A stretch of 64,000 bases of DNA from Candidatus Latescibacterota bacterium (GCA_965223905.1 CBDCXV010000010.1:1728001-1792000), one strand, 5' to 3'; counted from the stretch's first letter, positions 1-8,977 are shown. Made by a program: numbers and translations. Notes: generated by a model not told the origin, from the sequence alone.

Positions 1-776
1 ACGAGCCGCCGCGTGCCGCGGGCCAGGGCCCGGCGCCCGGCGAGCACCAGGACCGCGATCCATGCGAGCTGGTGCAGGAACAGCGGCAGGCACTCTTCCA
101 CCGGAACATGCCCCAGGTACAGGCGGAAGGGGATGTCGATCAGCCCGCGGAAAGGCAGCCACTCGGAGAGCAGCTCGATCCAGTCCGGCATCAGGGGGAG
201 CGGCAGGTACTGCCCGGAGAAGAAGCCGGCGATCCCGGGCATGATGTAGAGGATGCCCTCCCCCGAGATCGTCCACATCAGGGTGACCGCCATCAGGGTG
301 GTGATGGCGCTCGCCAGCAGCAGGGCGCAGAAGGTCGCCGCGGCCCAGGCGAGGCCGGCGGCCGCGGTGGGCGGCGGCTCGAGCCCGAGGAACAGCCCGG
401 CGACGACGAATATCGGCAGCGAGCGCAGCAGCGTCGGGGCGGCGCGACGGGCGACGGAGCGGATGAACCACATGTTGTAGAGGTCGGCCGGGCGCAACAG
501 CTCGTAGGCGACTCCCCCGGTGCGGATCCGCTCCCGGATTTCCGGGTCGATGTACCACGGCATCAGCCCCAGCATCGCTTGGCCGAGCCAGGTGTAGGTG
601 GTTACCTCGCGGAGGGTCATCGGCATCGGCGCCGAAGCCGAGGCGTAGAACGCCTCGTACACCATGACGATCACGAACCCGAAGAACAGCTGCGCCGTCA
701 GGCCGGCCAGGGCCGCGGCGCGGTACTGCAGCAGGGTCCGCAGCTGGGCGCTGAGCAGGGCCCTGTACGCGCTCAC
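1..776 (-). CDS. ABC-2 family transporter permease (3' end runs off the window)
   Basis: Not in the ORF track. Manual translation from GTG at 776 gives MSAYRALLSAQLRTLLQYRAAALAGLTAQLFFG...IRTGGVAYELLRPADLY...FFSGQYLPL, a hydrophobic ABC-2 permease pattern. The start overlaps the ATPase stop (GTGA). Confidence 0.88.
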   Translation of the reverse strand, partial: MSAYRALLSAQLRTLLQYRAAALAGLTAQLFFGFVIVMVYEAFYASASAPMPMTLREVTTYTWLGQAMLGLMPWYIDPEIRERIRTGGVAYELLRPADLYNMWFIRSVARRAAPTLLRSLPIFVVAGLFLGLEPPPTAAAGLAWAAATFCALLLASAITTLMAVTLMWTISGEGILYIMPGIAGFFSGQYLPLPLMPDWIELLSEWLPFRGLIDIPFRLYLGHVPVEECLPLFLHQLAWIAVLVLAGRRALARGTRRL

Positions 777-1756
777 ATACCCTCCTGCCCGTACAGCTGC
801 GCGACGATCTCCTCGATGGGCGGGTTCTCGACGAACAGGTCGCGCACCGCGTGGCTTGCGGCGATGCGGGTTATCAGCTCGGCGGTCGGGGTGCGGGCCG
901 GGTCGTACCCCAGGTGCCAGCGGTGCCCCTCCCGGCGCACCACCCGCGCCTCCCTTTCCCCGATGGAGTCGCACCCCTCCTCGAGGTCGACGACGAGGCG
1001 GCGCTCGGGGGAGACCCGCGACCGCAGCGCCGCCACGGTTCCGTCCATGAGAATGCGGCCCCGGCCGATCACCATCACCCGCGAGCACAGGGCTTCGACG
1101 TCGTCCATGTCGTGGGTGGTCAGGATCACCGTGGTGCCGCGCTCGCGGTTCAGGCGCCTGACGAAGTCGCGCACCGCGAGCTTGGAGACCGCGTCCAGGC
1201 CGATGGTCGGCTCGTCGAGGAACAGCAGCGCCGGCTCGTGCAGCAGCGCCGCGGCGAGGTCGCAGCGCATCCGCTGCCCCAGGCTGAGCTGGCGTACCGG
1301 CACGTCGAGGAGCGGCTCGATGTCGAGCACCGCCACCAGCTCCTCCAGGCAGCGCCGGTACGCCCCTTCCTCCACCTTGTAGATATGCCGCAGCAGGTCG
1401 AACGACTCGACGACCGGCAGGTCCCACCAGAGCTGGGTGCGCTGCCCGAACACCACCCCGATGCCGGCGACGTGGGCGGTGCGCTGCCGCCACGGCACCC
1501 GCCCGGCGATCTCGCAGCGCCCGGAGTCGGGGACGACGATGCCGGACAGCAGCTTCACCGTCGTCGACTTGCCGGCCCCGTTCGGCCCGATGTACCCCAC
1601 CAGCTCCCCCGCTTCAAGCGAGAAGGAGACCCGGTCGAGCGCGCGCACGGTGCGGTGCCGCCTGCGGGCGATGCCGCGGACCGCGCCCCACAGTCCCGGC
1701 CGCCGTTCCGCCACGCGGTAGGTCTTGACCAGTTCCTCCGCGACGACGAGAGGCAT
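773..1756 (-). CDS. ABC transporter ATP-binding protein (drug-exporter type)
   Basis: Walker A GPNGAGKST, signature LSLGQRMR, Walker B LFLDEPT, H-loop TTHD. AAGGAGG precedes the ATG at 1756. Confidence 0.95.
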   Translation of the reverse strand: MPLVVAEELVKTYRVAERRPGLWGAVRGIARRRHRTVRALDRVSFSLEAGELVGYIGPNGAGKSTTVKLLSGIVVPDSGRCEIAGRVPWRQRTAHVAGIGVVFGQRTQLWWDLPVVESFDLLRHIYKVEEGAYRRCLEELVAVLDIEPLLDVPVRQLSLGQRMRCDLAAALLHEPALLFLDEPTIGLDAVSKLAVRDFVRRLNRERGTTVILTTHDMDDVEALCSRVMVIGRGRILMDGTVAALRSRVSPERRLVVDLEEGCDSIGEREARVVRREGHRWHLGYDPARTPTAELITRIAASHAVRDLFVENPPIEEIVAQLYGQEGM

Positions 1757-1764
1757 TCCCTCCT

Positions 1765-1965
1765 TCACACGCCCGCGGCCCCCGAACCGCCCCTGCCCGC
1801 ATCGCGGCCTCTCCGCCGTCTCGCCGCGGGAGTGAGGATCCCGTAGGTGCGGCACAACCGGGAGAAACTCTGCGGCGCGATACCGAGCGCCATCCCCGCA
1901 TCCTTGCTCGTGCGGTAGATCCTCGCCGCCAGCTCGATCCGTTCCCGCTCGACCTGGGAAACCAT
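1765..1965 (-). CDS. Small basic HTH-like protein (66 aa)
   Basis: RIYRTSKDAGMALGIAPQSFSRLCRTYGI resembles a helix-turn-helix (A-x-x-L-G-I...). It ends 8 bp before the ABC ATPase start. Confidence 0.65.
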   Translation of the reverse strand: MVSQVERERIELAARIYRTSKDAGMALGIAPQSFSRLCRTYGILTPAARRRRGRDAGRGGSGAAGV

Positions 1966-2359
1966 CAGTAATTACAGACAGTTACGCGGTCTGACCCTGC
2001 CGCAGCTCGCCACCCGGGCCGGGGTTTCCAAGGCCTTTCTCTGGGAGATCGAGAGCGGCAACAGCAAGCGGCCGGGGGCGGAAACCCTGTGGAAAATCGC
2101 CGAAGCCCTCGGGGTCACGATCGCCGATCTCATGGGTAAGAAACCGCCCGAGAATGCCGTGACGTCGATTCAACCGGAGGTGAACGAGGGGCTGCGCGCC
2201 TTCATAAACGAGCGCAAGCGGCTCGGCTCCCCCCTGGAACCGGAGGAGATCGAGTCGCTGTCCGTGGTGCAGTTGAAAGGCGGGAGACCGGCCACCAAGG
2301 AGCAGTGGGCCCTGGTCTACGGCATCCTCAAAGAGACCACCGGCGGCCGCCATGGCTGA
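1964..2359 (+). CDS. XRE-family HTH transcriptional regulator (ImmR/CapH-like), no canonical start codon
   Basis: The frame upstream of the ORF-track ATG (2132) reads ISNYRQLRGLTLPQLATRAGVSKAFLWEIESGNSKRPGAETLWKIAEALGVTIADL, a classic HTH_3. There is no ATG/GTG/TTG between the in-frame TAG at 1916 and 2132. Confidence 0.85.
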   Translation: MSNYRQLRGLTLPQLATRAGVSKAFLWEIESGNSKRPGAETLWKIAEALGVTIADLMGKKPPENAVTSIQPEVNEGLRAFINERKRLGSPLEPEEIESLSVVQLKGGRPATKEQWALVYGILKETTGGRHG

Positions 2360-3263
2360 GACGCCGGACTCCTCAGTGGCGGACGCCGCCAGTTCCCCGC
2401 CCTCGAGTCGGGAGCAGGCAGAAGAGCTGGCCGCCCTGGCCACGGTCCGCGCCAGGGCCAGCGCCGCCTTGGCCGAGGCGGACGACCTGCTGCGCCGCGT
2501 CGATCCGGCCTGGTCGCCGCCGCCGTACGACCCGCTGCTGGTGGCCCAGGCCCTGGGGATTCGCTGCGTCAGGATGGACTCCCCGTCCGCCTCCCGCCCT
2601 GCCCTGCTCTGCCGGCACCGGGACAGGCCGACGATCCTCTACCGCGACGGCTCGGAGGCGCGCACCCGTTTCAATCTCTTCCACGAAATAGCCCACACCC
2701 TGTTTCCGGATTTCCACGAGAATCCCCTGTTGAGCCGGCGGCGGCCCCGGCTGTTCGAACCGGAGGGACGGCTGGAGAAACTGTGCGACGCCGCGGCCCT
2801 CGAATTCATGATGCCTGCCGATCTCTTCGAGGCCGACCTGGTCGAGGGCGGCTTCGGGGCTGAAAGGGTGGCGGACCTGTGCGCCCGTTACGGCGTCTGG
2901 CCCGAAGCGGTCTGCCTGCGCATGGTCGCGTCCGACCTCGAGTGCTGTGGGCTGGCCCGGTTCGAGTGCGCCCCCGGTCCGCGGCGGCGGCATCCCCTGC
3001 AGCCGGGACCAACCCTGGCAATGCGGTATTTCGTCGCCTCCGCTTCCTTCCAGGACCGCGGGCTGGCCGTTTCGCGGCGGCTCGACCTCGACCGCAGCCA
3101 CCCCCTTCACGTCGCCTCGCGCTCGAAAAAACCGGCGGCCGCGGAGCTGCAGATCCCCCTGCTTTCGGGGGACCTCCACCCTTTCCTGGTCGAAGCCCTG
3201 CCGTTGCCAGGCAGACGGCGGCACGGGTACAGTCCCGCGGCGGGGTTCTTCTACCCCACCTGA
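2352..3263 (+). CDS. ImmA/IrrE-family Zn metallopeptidase (Peptidase_M78)
   Basis: RTRFNLFHEIAH (HExxH) plus downstream E-x-LCDAAALEFMMP. It overlaps the XRE stop by 8 bp. Confidence 0.88.
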   Translation: MAETPDSSVADAASSPPSSREQAEELAALATVRARASAALAEADDLLRRVDPAWSPPPYDPLLVAQALGIRCVRMDSPSASRPALLCRHRDRPTILYRDGSEARTRFNLFHEIAHTLFPDFHENPLLSRRRPRLFEPEGRLEKLCDAAALEFMMPADLFEADLVEGGFGAERVADLCARYGVWPEAVCLRMVASDLECCGLARFECAPGPRRRHPLQPGPTLAMRYFVASASFQDRGLAVSRRLDLDRSHPLHVASRSKKPAAAELQIPLLSGDLHPFLVEALPLPGRRRHGYSPAAGFFYPT

Positions 3264-3513
3264 GTCCGCGCTGGACCGACTGATATCGGAGGATCCCGAT
3301 TCCGTCATCGGCATCTCCCGGATGATATGCGCGGAAGGAGACGCCAGCTGGAAACTCTGGCTGTTCGAGTTCGTCGATACCTTCCGCCTGGCTCCTTCGG
3401 AAGAGCTCGTGGCTCATCCGCCGGTCGGAGAAACCAGTGACCGGATCCGCGCGCTTCTCGCCTCGACGGTCGAAATGCTGTGCGCGGAACGCCGCATGCC
3501 GGTGCCGTGGTGA
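3264..3513 (+). pseudogene. Internal fragment of the partner (putative antitoxin) gene of a DUF6036-type nucleotidyltransferase
   Basis: Reads ...SWKLWLFEFVDTFR...PP...RALLASTVEMLCAERRMPVPW*, similar to proteins encoded upstream of DUF6036 NTases. It lacks both a proper N-terminus and the usual C-terminus. Confidence 0.5.
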
Positions 3514-3517
3514 GGAA

Positions 3518-3988
3518 TTGGGAAAGAGGGACGTAATCGGTGAGGTGGGGATCTGCGGCGGCGCGGTGATGTGCCTGGTCTTTCAGGCCCGGCGTGCCAC
3601 GAAAGACGTCGAAGCCATCTTCGAGCCCGCCGGCGAGATCAGGACCGCGGCAAAAGCTGTAGAGGCACGCCAGGGGGTTCCCGAGGACTGGTTGAACGAC
3701 GCCGCCAAGGCCTTTTTCCATGCCGACCCCCCGCGAGAAGACCTGTTCGATCTGCCGAACCTGCGCGTGTGGGCTCCGACGGCGGGATACATGCTGGCGA
3801 TGAAATGCATTGCAGCGCGCTTCGACAGCCACGACCTGGATGATGTGAAATTCCTGATCGAGTATCTGCACCTGCGGAAGCCGGACGACGTTTTCCGTAT
3901 CGTCGAGAGGTATTATCCGAAACGGATGATCCCGCCAACAACGCAATTCCTCATCGAGGAACTGCTTCCTGAACAGAAGGATTCGTGA
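3518..3988 (+). CDS. DUF6036-like nucleotidyltransferase (putative TA toxin), probably N-truncated
   Basis: ICGGAVMCLVFQARRATKDVEAIF, WLNDAAKAF, YMLAMKCIAAR, DLDD motifs. The start is uncertain (ORF track 3437; in-frame TTG at 3518). Confidence 0.75.
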   Translation: MGKRDVIGEVGICGGAVMCLVFQARRATKDVEAIFEPAGEIRTAAKAVEARQGVPEDWLNDAAKAFFHADPPREDLFDLPNLRVWAPTAGYMLAMKCIAARFDSHDLDDVKFLIEYLHLRKPDDVFRIVERYYPKRMIPPTTQFLIEELLPEQKDS

Positions 3989-4066
3989 GTTGCTTTGGCC
4001 TGCACCACCCTACACTTCGCGACAGGTCACCCAAGTGGCAGCTCGATTCGCGCCTTCCGGTGATGC

Positions 4067-5653
4067 GTGCTTGAAGCCGAAATCCCTGCAGCGCACCGTA
4101 TCGACAAGGAGGTCGACATCCACGACTACGACGCCATAATCCTCGGCGGCGGCCACAACGGCCTGGTGGCGGCCGGGTACCTCGCCGGCGCCGGACTCAG
4201 CGTCCTGCTGCTCGAGCGGCGCCACCTGCTCGGCGGGGCCTGCGTCACGGAGGAGCTGTTCCCGGGATACCGGTTCTCCGCCTGCTCCTACATCTGCTAC
4301 CTGCTGCAGGACCGGGTGATCGACGACCTCGAGCTCCGCGCCCACGGTTTCGACGTCTACCCCGCGGACCCGTCCCGCTTCTCCCCCTTTCCCGACGGCA
4401 GCCGCGTGCTGATCTGGGACGACCTCGAGCGCACCCGGGAGGAGATCGCCCGCGTCTCGCGGCGCGACGCCGAGCGCTTCCCGGAATGGCTCGCCTTCTG
4501 GCGCCGGGCCGCCTCCATCATCCATCCGTACTACCTCGGGGAGCCGCCGAGCCTCGACGGCATCCGCGCCGGGTTGCAGGGGTCGGACCGCTCCTTCTTC
4601 GAGCGCCTGCTGACGGTCAGCATGGGGGAGGTGTTGTGCGAGTTCTTCGAGTCGGAGCAGATGCGCGGGACCTACAGCCAGGCCCAGGACGTCGGCGACC
4701 TCGACGCCCCCGGCGGCGCCTGGTGCTACGCCCACATCAGGACCTCGGCCCTCAACCGGCCCGAGAACGTCGGCCTCGTGCACGGCGGCATGGGGGGAAT
4801 AACCCGGGCGATGGCGCGGTCCGCCCGCGGCCGGGGAGCGACCCTGAAGACCGGCGCCGAGGTCGACCGCATCCTCATCTCAGGAGGCCGCGCCTGCGGG
4901 GTGGCCCTGCGGGACGGCGGCGAATTCCGCAGCCGCGTCGTCCTCTCCAACGCCGACCCCAAACGCACCTTTCTCAAGCTCGTTCCCCAGGGCGGGATCG
5001 ACGCCGGTTTCCTCGACCGCGTCGCCCGCCTGAAGACCCGTGCAGCCTACCTCAAGTTCCACGCCGCGCTCAGCGGCCTCCCCGACTTTTCCGCGCACCT
5101 CGGCGACGGCTTCGATCCCCGCTGCCTCGCCGAGATCAAGATCTGCCCGTCGATGGACTACTACCGGAGCAGCTGGAACGACGCCTGCCGGGGGCGGCCG
5201 TCGCGGACCCCGGTGATGGAGGTGCAGATACCGTCGGTCTACGACGCGTCTATGGCGCCGCCCGGGCACCACGTGATGTCCGTATGGGTCAGCTACGCCC
5301 CGGTGACCCTTGCCGAGGGCACCTGGGACGAGCGGCGGCAGGAGGTCGGCGAGCAGCTGATCGACGCCCTGTGCCGGTACGCCCCGAACCTGCGCGACAT
5401 CCTCGTCGACTGGTCGCTGTTCACGCCGGTCGATATCGAGCGCCGCGTCGGCCTGACCGACGGCAACATCCGCCACCTCGACATCGTGCCGGGGCAGTTC
5501 TTCTCCGAGCGTCCGCTGGCAGGATGGGCAAACTACCGCACCCCGCTTCCGGGGCTCTACCTGTGCGGGGCCGGGACCCATCCGGGGGGAGAGGTCACCG
5601 GAGCCCCGGGGCACAACGCGGCAGCGGCGGTTCTGCGCGATCTGGGGGGATGA
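4067..5653 (+). CDS. Phytoene desaturase-like FAD-dependent oxidoreductase (COG1233/PYROXD2-like)
   Basis: DAIILGGGHNGLVAAGYLA dinucleotide-binding motif, LERRHLLGGAC, and C-terminal LYLCGAGTHPGGEVTGAPGHNAA. The true start may be at 4118. Confidence 0.92.
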   Translation: MLEAEIPAAHRIDKEVDIHDYDAIILGGGHNGLVAAGYLAGAGLSVLLLERRHLLGGACVTEELFPGYRFSACSYICYLLQDRVIDDLELRAHGFDVYPADPSRFSPFPDGSRVLIWDDLERTREEIARVSRRDAERFPEWLAFWRRAASIIHPYYLGEPPSLDGIRAGLQGSDRSFFERLLTVSMGEVLCEFFESEQMRGTYSQAQDVGDLDAPGGAWCYAHIRTSALNRPENVGLVHGGMGGITRAMARSARGRGATLKTGAEVDRILISGGRACGVALRDGGEFRSRVVLSNADPKRTFLKLVPQGGIDAGFLDRVARLKTRAAYLKFHAALSGLPDFSAHLGDGFDPRCLAEIKICPSMDYYRSSWNDACRGRPSRTPVMEVQIPSVYDASMAPPGHHVMSVWVSYAPVTLAEGTWDERRQEVGEQLIDALCRYAPNLRDILVDWSLFTPVDIERRVGLTDGNIRHLDIVPGQFFSERPLAGWANYRTPLPGLYLCGAGTHPGGEVTGAPGHNAAAAVLRDLGG

Positions 5654-5759
5654 GCGTGGGTGGGATTTCCGATTCGCCCCGGCGCACTTCTGCCGGGATC
5701 AACGGTGGGCATCCATCACCGCCCCCTGGCCACCCAACCGCAGCACGGTCGGTTCACGC

Positions 5760-6068
5760 TTAACTCCCGGTCCCTGGCCCTTCCGCAGTTGCCCACTCCC
5801 GTCGCGCTTGCGCCAGTTCGTAGCTCGCCTGCATCCGCATCCAGTGGTCGGCCGTCCCCCAACCGATGTCCTCCAACGCCAGCGCCATATTCGCGGACAC
5901 TCCCGCCTTGCCATTCAGCAGGCGCGACAGGGTGCCCCGCTCGCATCCCAGGCGTGCCGCCGTCTCAGTGACGTTCCAGCCGACTTCCTCCATGCTTTCG
6001 CGGATCAGTTCTCCCAGATGTGGCGGGTTCAGCATGGGACCCACACGTTTACCTTCGTCGTTGTTCAT
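5760..6068 (-). CDS. higA: HigA-family antitoxin
   Basis: NPPHLGELIRE...VTETAARLGCERGTLSRLLNGKAGVSANMALALE...WMRMQASYEL; lies directly downstream of a higB-like ORF. Confidence 0.9.
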   Translation of the reverse strand: MNNDEGKRVGPMLNPPHLGELIRESMEEVGWNVTETAARLGCERGTLSRLLNGKAGVSANMALALEDIGWGTADHWMRMQASYELAQARREWATAEGPGTGS

Positions 6069-6088
6069 TCGCGGAGGCTCCCTTGCGA

Positions 6089-6286
6089 TCAGTGATAGTC
6101 GATCAGGTCCACGTCCACGGCCTCGCGGTCTTCGAAACGGACCACCACGCGCCAGTTCCCGGATACGCGAACGCTCCACTGTCCCGCCCGATCCCCCCTC
6201 AGCGGATGCAGCCGGAAGCCAGGAGCGTCCGCGCTTCGAGGATGCGTTGCCTCTTGCAGCCGGAACAGGATTCGCCTGATCGGCAT
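6089..6286 (-). pseudogene. higB: HigB/RelE-family toxin, N-terminally truncated
   Basis: PGFRLHPLRGDRAGQWSVRVSGNWRVVVRFEDREAVDVDLIDYH is the HigB C-terminal signature. It is only 65 aa and the usual N-terminal ~25-30 aa is not found before the upstream gene's stop. Confidence 0.8.
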
Positions 6287-6325
6287 CGCGGCAACTGACC
6301 GGTGACCGGACGCAACGGCGCTCCC

Positions 6326-8647
6326 TTATCGCACCTGATCCTCGCGGATACGGATGGTGCCGTCGACTTCCGGATTTTCGAGCCGGGTCGTCCGACCGGA
6401 CGGCCAGCGCACCTCGAGCCGGGAGACCTCTTCCGCAGAACCAAGGCCGAACTCCAGCGGCAGGCTGTTGGTGGTGCCGAAACCGCCGCCGCTGGCCACT
6501 TCCTCGAGCAGCTGCCGCCCGCCGGCATGGACCGTCACCTGGGCCCCTATGGCGCTGCGATTCGACCGCGATCCCTCCAGCTCGACAGCGAGCCAGTGCG
6601 ATCCCCGTCCCTCGTTGCGGTAGAGGCTGTTGGGCCACAGGTCCCCGGGGTAGTGCCCGCCGATGGCGGCGTAGAGGTCGAGGTCGCCGTCGCCGTCGTA
6701 ATCGGCAAACGTCGCTCCGTGCCCCTTGCCGAGGTTGCCGACTCCGGCCGCTTCGGTGACGTCGGCAAAGCGCTCCCCGCGGTTGTGGTAGAGTATGTTG
6801 GGCTCGAACCGCGGCATGACCGGGCCTCCGTTGGCCAGGTACAGGTCGACGAGGCCGTCGTAGTCGATGTCGCCGATGCCGGCCCCCATGGTGCCGAAGT
6901 TCCGGGAGATCCCGGCGCCGGCGGCGACGTCGGCGAACCGGTCCCCGCCGAGGTTCCGGTAGAGGTGGACGCGGTTGCGGCCCACGGCCCGTCCGGCGAC
7001 CTGCGACTCGACGAACTGCTCGTAGTAGCACATGGCGGAGACGAACAGATCGACGGCGCCGTCGCGGTCGAAGTCGGCGAAGAAGGCGACGTAGCCGCCC
7101 TCCTCCGGCTCGGCCACCCCGGCGCTCGCGGTGACGTCGGTGAAGCGCGATCCCGATTCGTTGCGGTAGAGGGTGTTCGGCCCGGCGACGTCGGCGACGT
7201 ACAGGTCGACGTCCCCGTCGCGGTCGTAGTCGCCGAACGCCACCCCGAGCGACTTGCCCGGGTGCGCGACCCCGAGGCGGTCCGCCCTGTTCTCGAAGCG
7301 GCCGCCGCGGTTGACGAAGAGCTTGTTCGGGGTGCCGCCGCCGGTGATCCCCTCGGCGACGTACAGATCGACCCGGCCGTCGTTGTCGACGTCCCCCCAG
7401 GCCGCGGTGAAACTGTCGTCCGGGTCGCCGACCCCGGCCTCGTCGCTGACCTCGCCGAAACGGAGGCTCCCGAGGTTGCGGTAGAGGGAGTTCGGGGCCT
7501 TCCCCTCCCAGGCGTCGCGGGTCGCGTAGAGGTCGAGGTCGCCGTCGTTGTCGTAGTCGACCGCGGTGGCGCTCCAGCCGCCGCGCGGATCGCCGAGGCC
7601 GGCTGCCGCGGTGACATCGGTGAACTGCGCCCCCGACTCGTTGCGGTAGAGGGAATGGGGAACCTGGATGCCGGTGCTGAACAGGTCGAGGTCGCCGTCG
7701 CCGTCGAAATCCCCCCAGGCGTTGCCGCGGCCGCGGTCGCGCTTCGCGACGCCGAGCGCTTCGGCGACGTCCCGGAAAGCGACCGGGCTATCCTCGCCAA
7801 GATCCGCAACCGTGAGCTGATAATCCGCCGGAAGATCGCCGGGGTAGTCCCCGTGAAGGCCGAGGTACGCCAGGCGCAGGTTCCACTTCATGCGCTGCGG
7901 TTCGCGCGCTCCCTTCGGGGTCGAGTCGAGGGCTTTGCGGTAGGCTGCGATCGCCGCTTCATACTCGCCCAGCCAGTGATGGGCGGTTCCCAGCAGGAAG
8001 GCGAGATGCGTTTTCCCCGGGCTCACCGCGAGCAGCCCGCTCATCTCGGCCGCGGCCCGCTCGAAAACACCGAGGCGCAGCCGCGACGCCGCGGCGCCGG
8101 CGCGGGCCCGGGGGTCGCCGGGGTTGTTCCGCAGCACCGCCTCGTACTGCTCGAGCGCGCCTTGCGGGTCGGGCGGGGCCCGCGTCATCAGCAGGTCGGC
8201 GAGCATCATCCGCGGGCGGGCGCGGTCCGGAAAATCTCCGACAAGGGCCGCCAGCACCTCGCGCGCTTGCGGACGGCGATCGAGCACCACCAGCACCCGG
8301 GCCTGCTGCATTCGCGCCTCTGGCCGGCCGGGGTCGTGTCCGACGGCCCGCTCGAGCTGGTGCAACGCTTCGGGGAACTTCCGCTGGCGCATCAGGATCT
8401 CGCCGAGGCCGAGACGCGCCTCGTAGTGCGCCGTGTCGGCGCGCAGAACCTGCCGCAGAGCCACCGCCCCGGAATCCAGCTTCCCCCGGTGGATAAGCTC
8501 CACCGCGGCCTGGAACCGGGCGCCGGGGCGCTGATCTTCCCCTTCGTCCGGTGGATCTTCCGGGTCGGCCGCGCAACCGCAGATCGCCGCGGCGAGCGCC
8601 ACTGTCCCGAAGCTACGCGGATGCCGCAGCCTTTTCGCCCACTCCAT
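6326..8647 (-). CDS. Putative lipoprotein with TPR repeats + FG-GAP repeats + ASPIC/UnbV domain (CRTAC1-like)
   Basis: Signal/lipobox-like N-terminus (ALAAAICGC), TPR helices, about seven D-x-D-x-D-G-x-x-D-L repeats, and C-terminal NRSAIGAQV...LEFGLG...VRWPSG. Confidence 0.9.
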   Translation of the reverse strand: MEWAKRLRHPRSFGTVALAAAICGCAADPEDPPDEGEDQRPGARFQAAVELIHRGKLDSGAVALRQVLRADTAHYEARLGLGEILMRQRKFPEALHQLERAVGHDPGRPEARMQQARVLVVLDRRPQAREVLAALVGDFPDRARPRMMLADLLMTRAPPDPQGALEQYEAVLRNNPGDPRARAGAAASRLRLGVFERAAAEMSGLLAVSPGKTHLAFLLGTAHHWLGEYEAAIAAYRKALDSTPKGAREPQRMKWNLRLAYLGLHGDYPGDLPADYQLTVADLGEDSPVAFRDVAEALGVAKRDRGRGNAWGDFDGDGDLDLFSTGIQVPHSLYRNESGAQFTDVTAAAGLGDPRGGWSATAVDYDNDGDLDLYATRDAWEGKAPNSLYRNLGSLRFGEVSDEAGVGDPDDSFTAAWGDVDNDGRVDLYVAEGITGGGTPNKLFVNRGGRFENRADRLGVAHPGKSLGVAFGDYDRDGDVDLYVADVAGPNTLYRNESGSRFTDVTASAGVAEPEEGGYVAFFADFDRDGAVDLFVSAMCYYEQFVESQVAGRAVGRNRVHLYRNLGGDRFADVAAGAGISRNFGTMGAGIGDIDYDGLVDLYLANGGPVMPRFEPNILYHNRGERFADVTEAAGVGNLGKGHGATFADYDGDGDLDLYAAIGGHYPGDLWPNSLYRNEGRGSHWLAVELEGSRSNRSAIGAQVTVHAGGRQLLEEVASGGGFGTTNSLPLEFGLGSAEEVSRLEVRWPSGRTTRLENPEVDGTIRIREDQVR

Positions 8648-8977
8648 TCACGCCCTCTCGATGTCTCGCAGTAAGGCCACCCAAGGTACGGAATCGATGC
8701 CTCCATCCCGCAGTCGCCGTTTTTCAGGCTGCTGGTGGCCGCCTCCCCGCAGGCGAAAGCGCTGCAGGCGCGCCGCGAATCCGCGATGCAGCGAAAGCTC
8801 CTCCGGCTTTGTCCGGGCCGGGACCGGGAGTCAACGGCAGACCAGGGGGCCTCGAGGACCGGAAAAAGGGAGATTGTCGGTTTCGACGATGCCTCCACCG
8901 CGGCCATGCACAGGACCGCCAGTCTCCCCGAAGCGGGAGGACGCTCAAGCCCCGGCGGCTTCCGGGGCCTCCAGCCT

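Noticed and set aside
6600-7760. Regularly recurring GTCGCCGTCG/GTCGAGGTCG motifs resembling a repeat array
   Set aside because: They encode FG-GAP D-x-D-G-D repeats within a CDS; there are no identical repeats with unique spacers, so this is not CRISPR.
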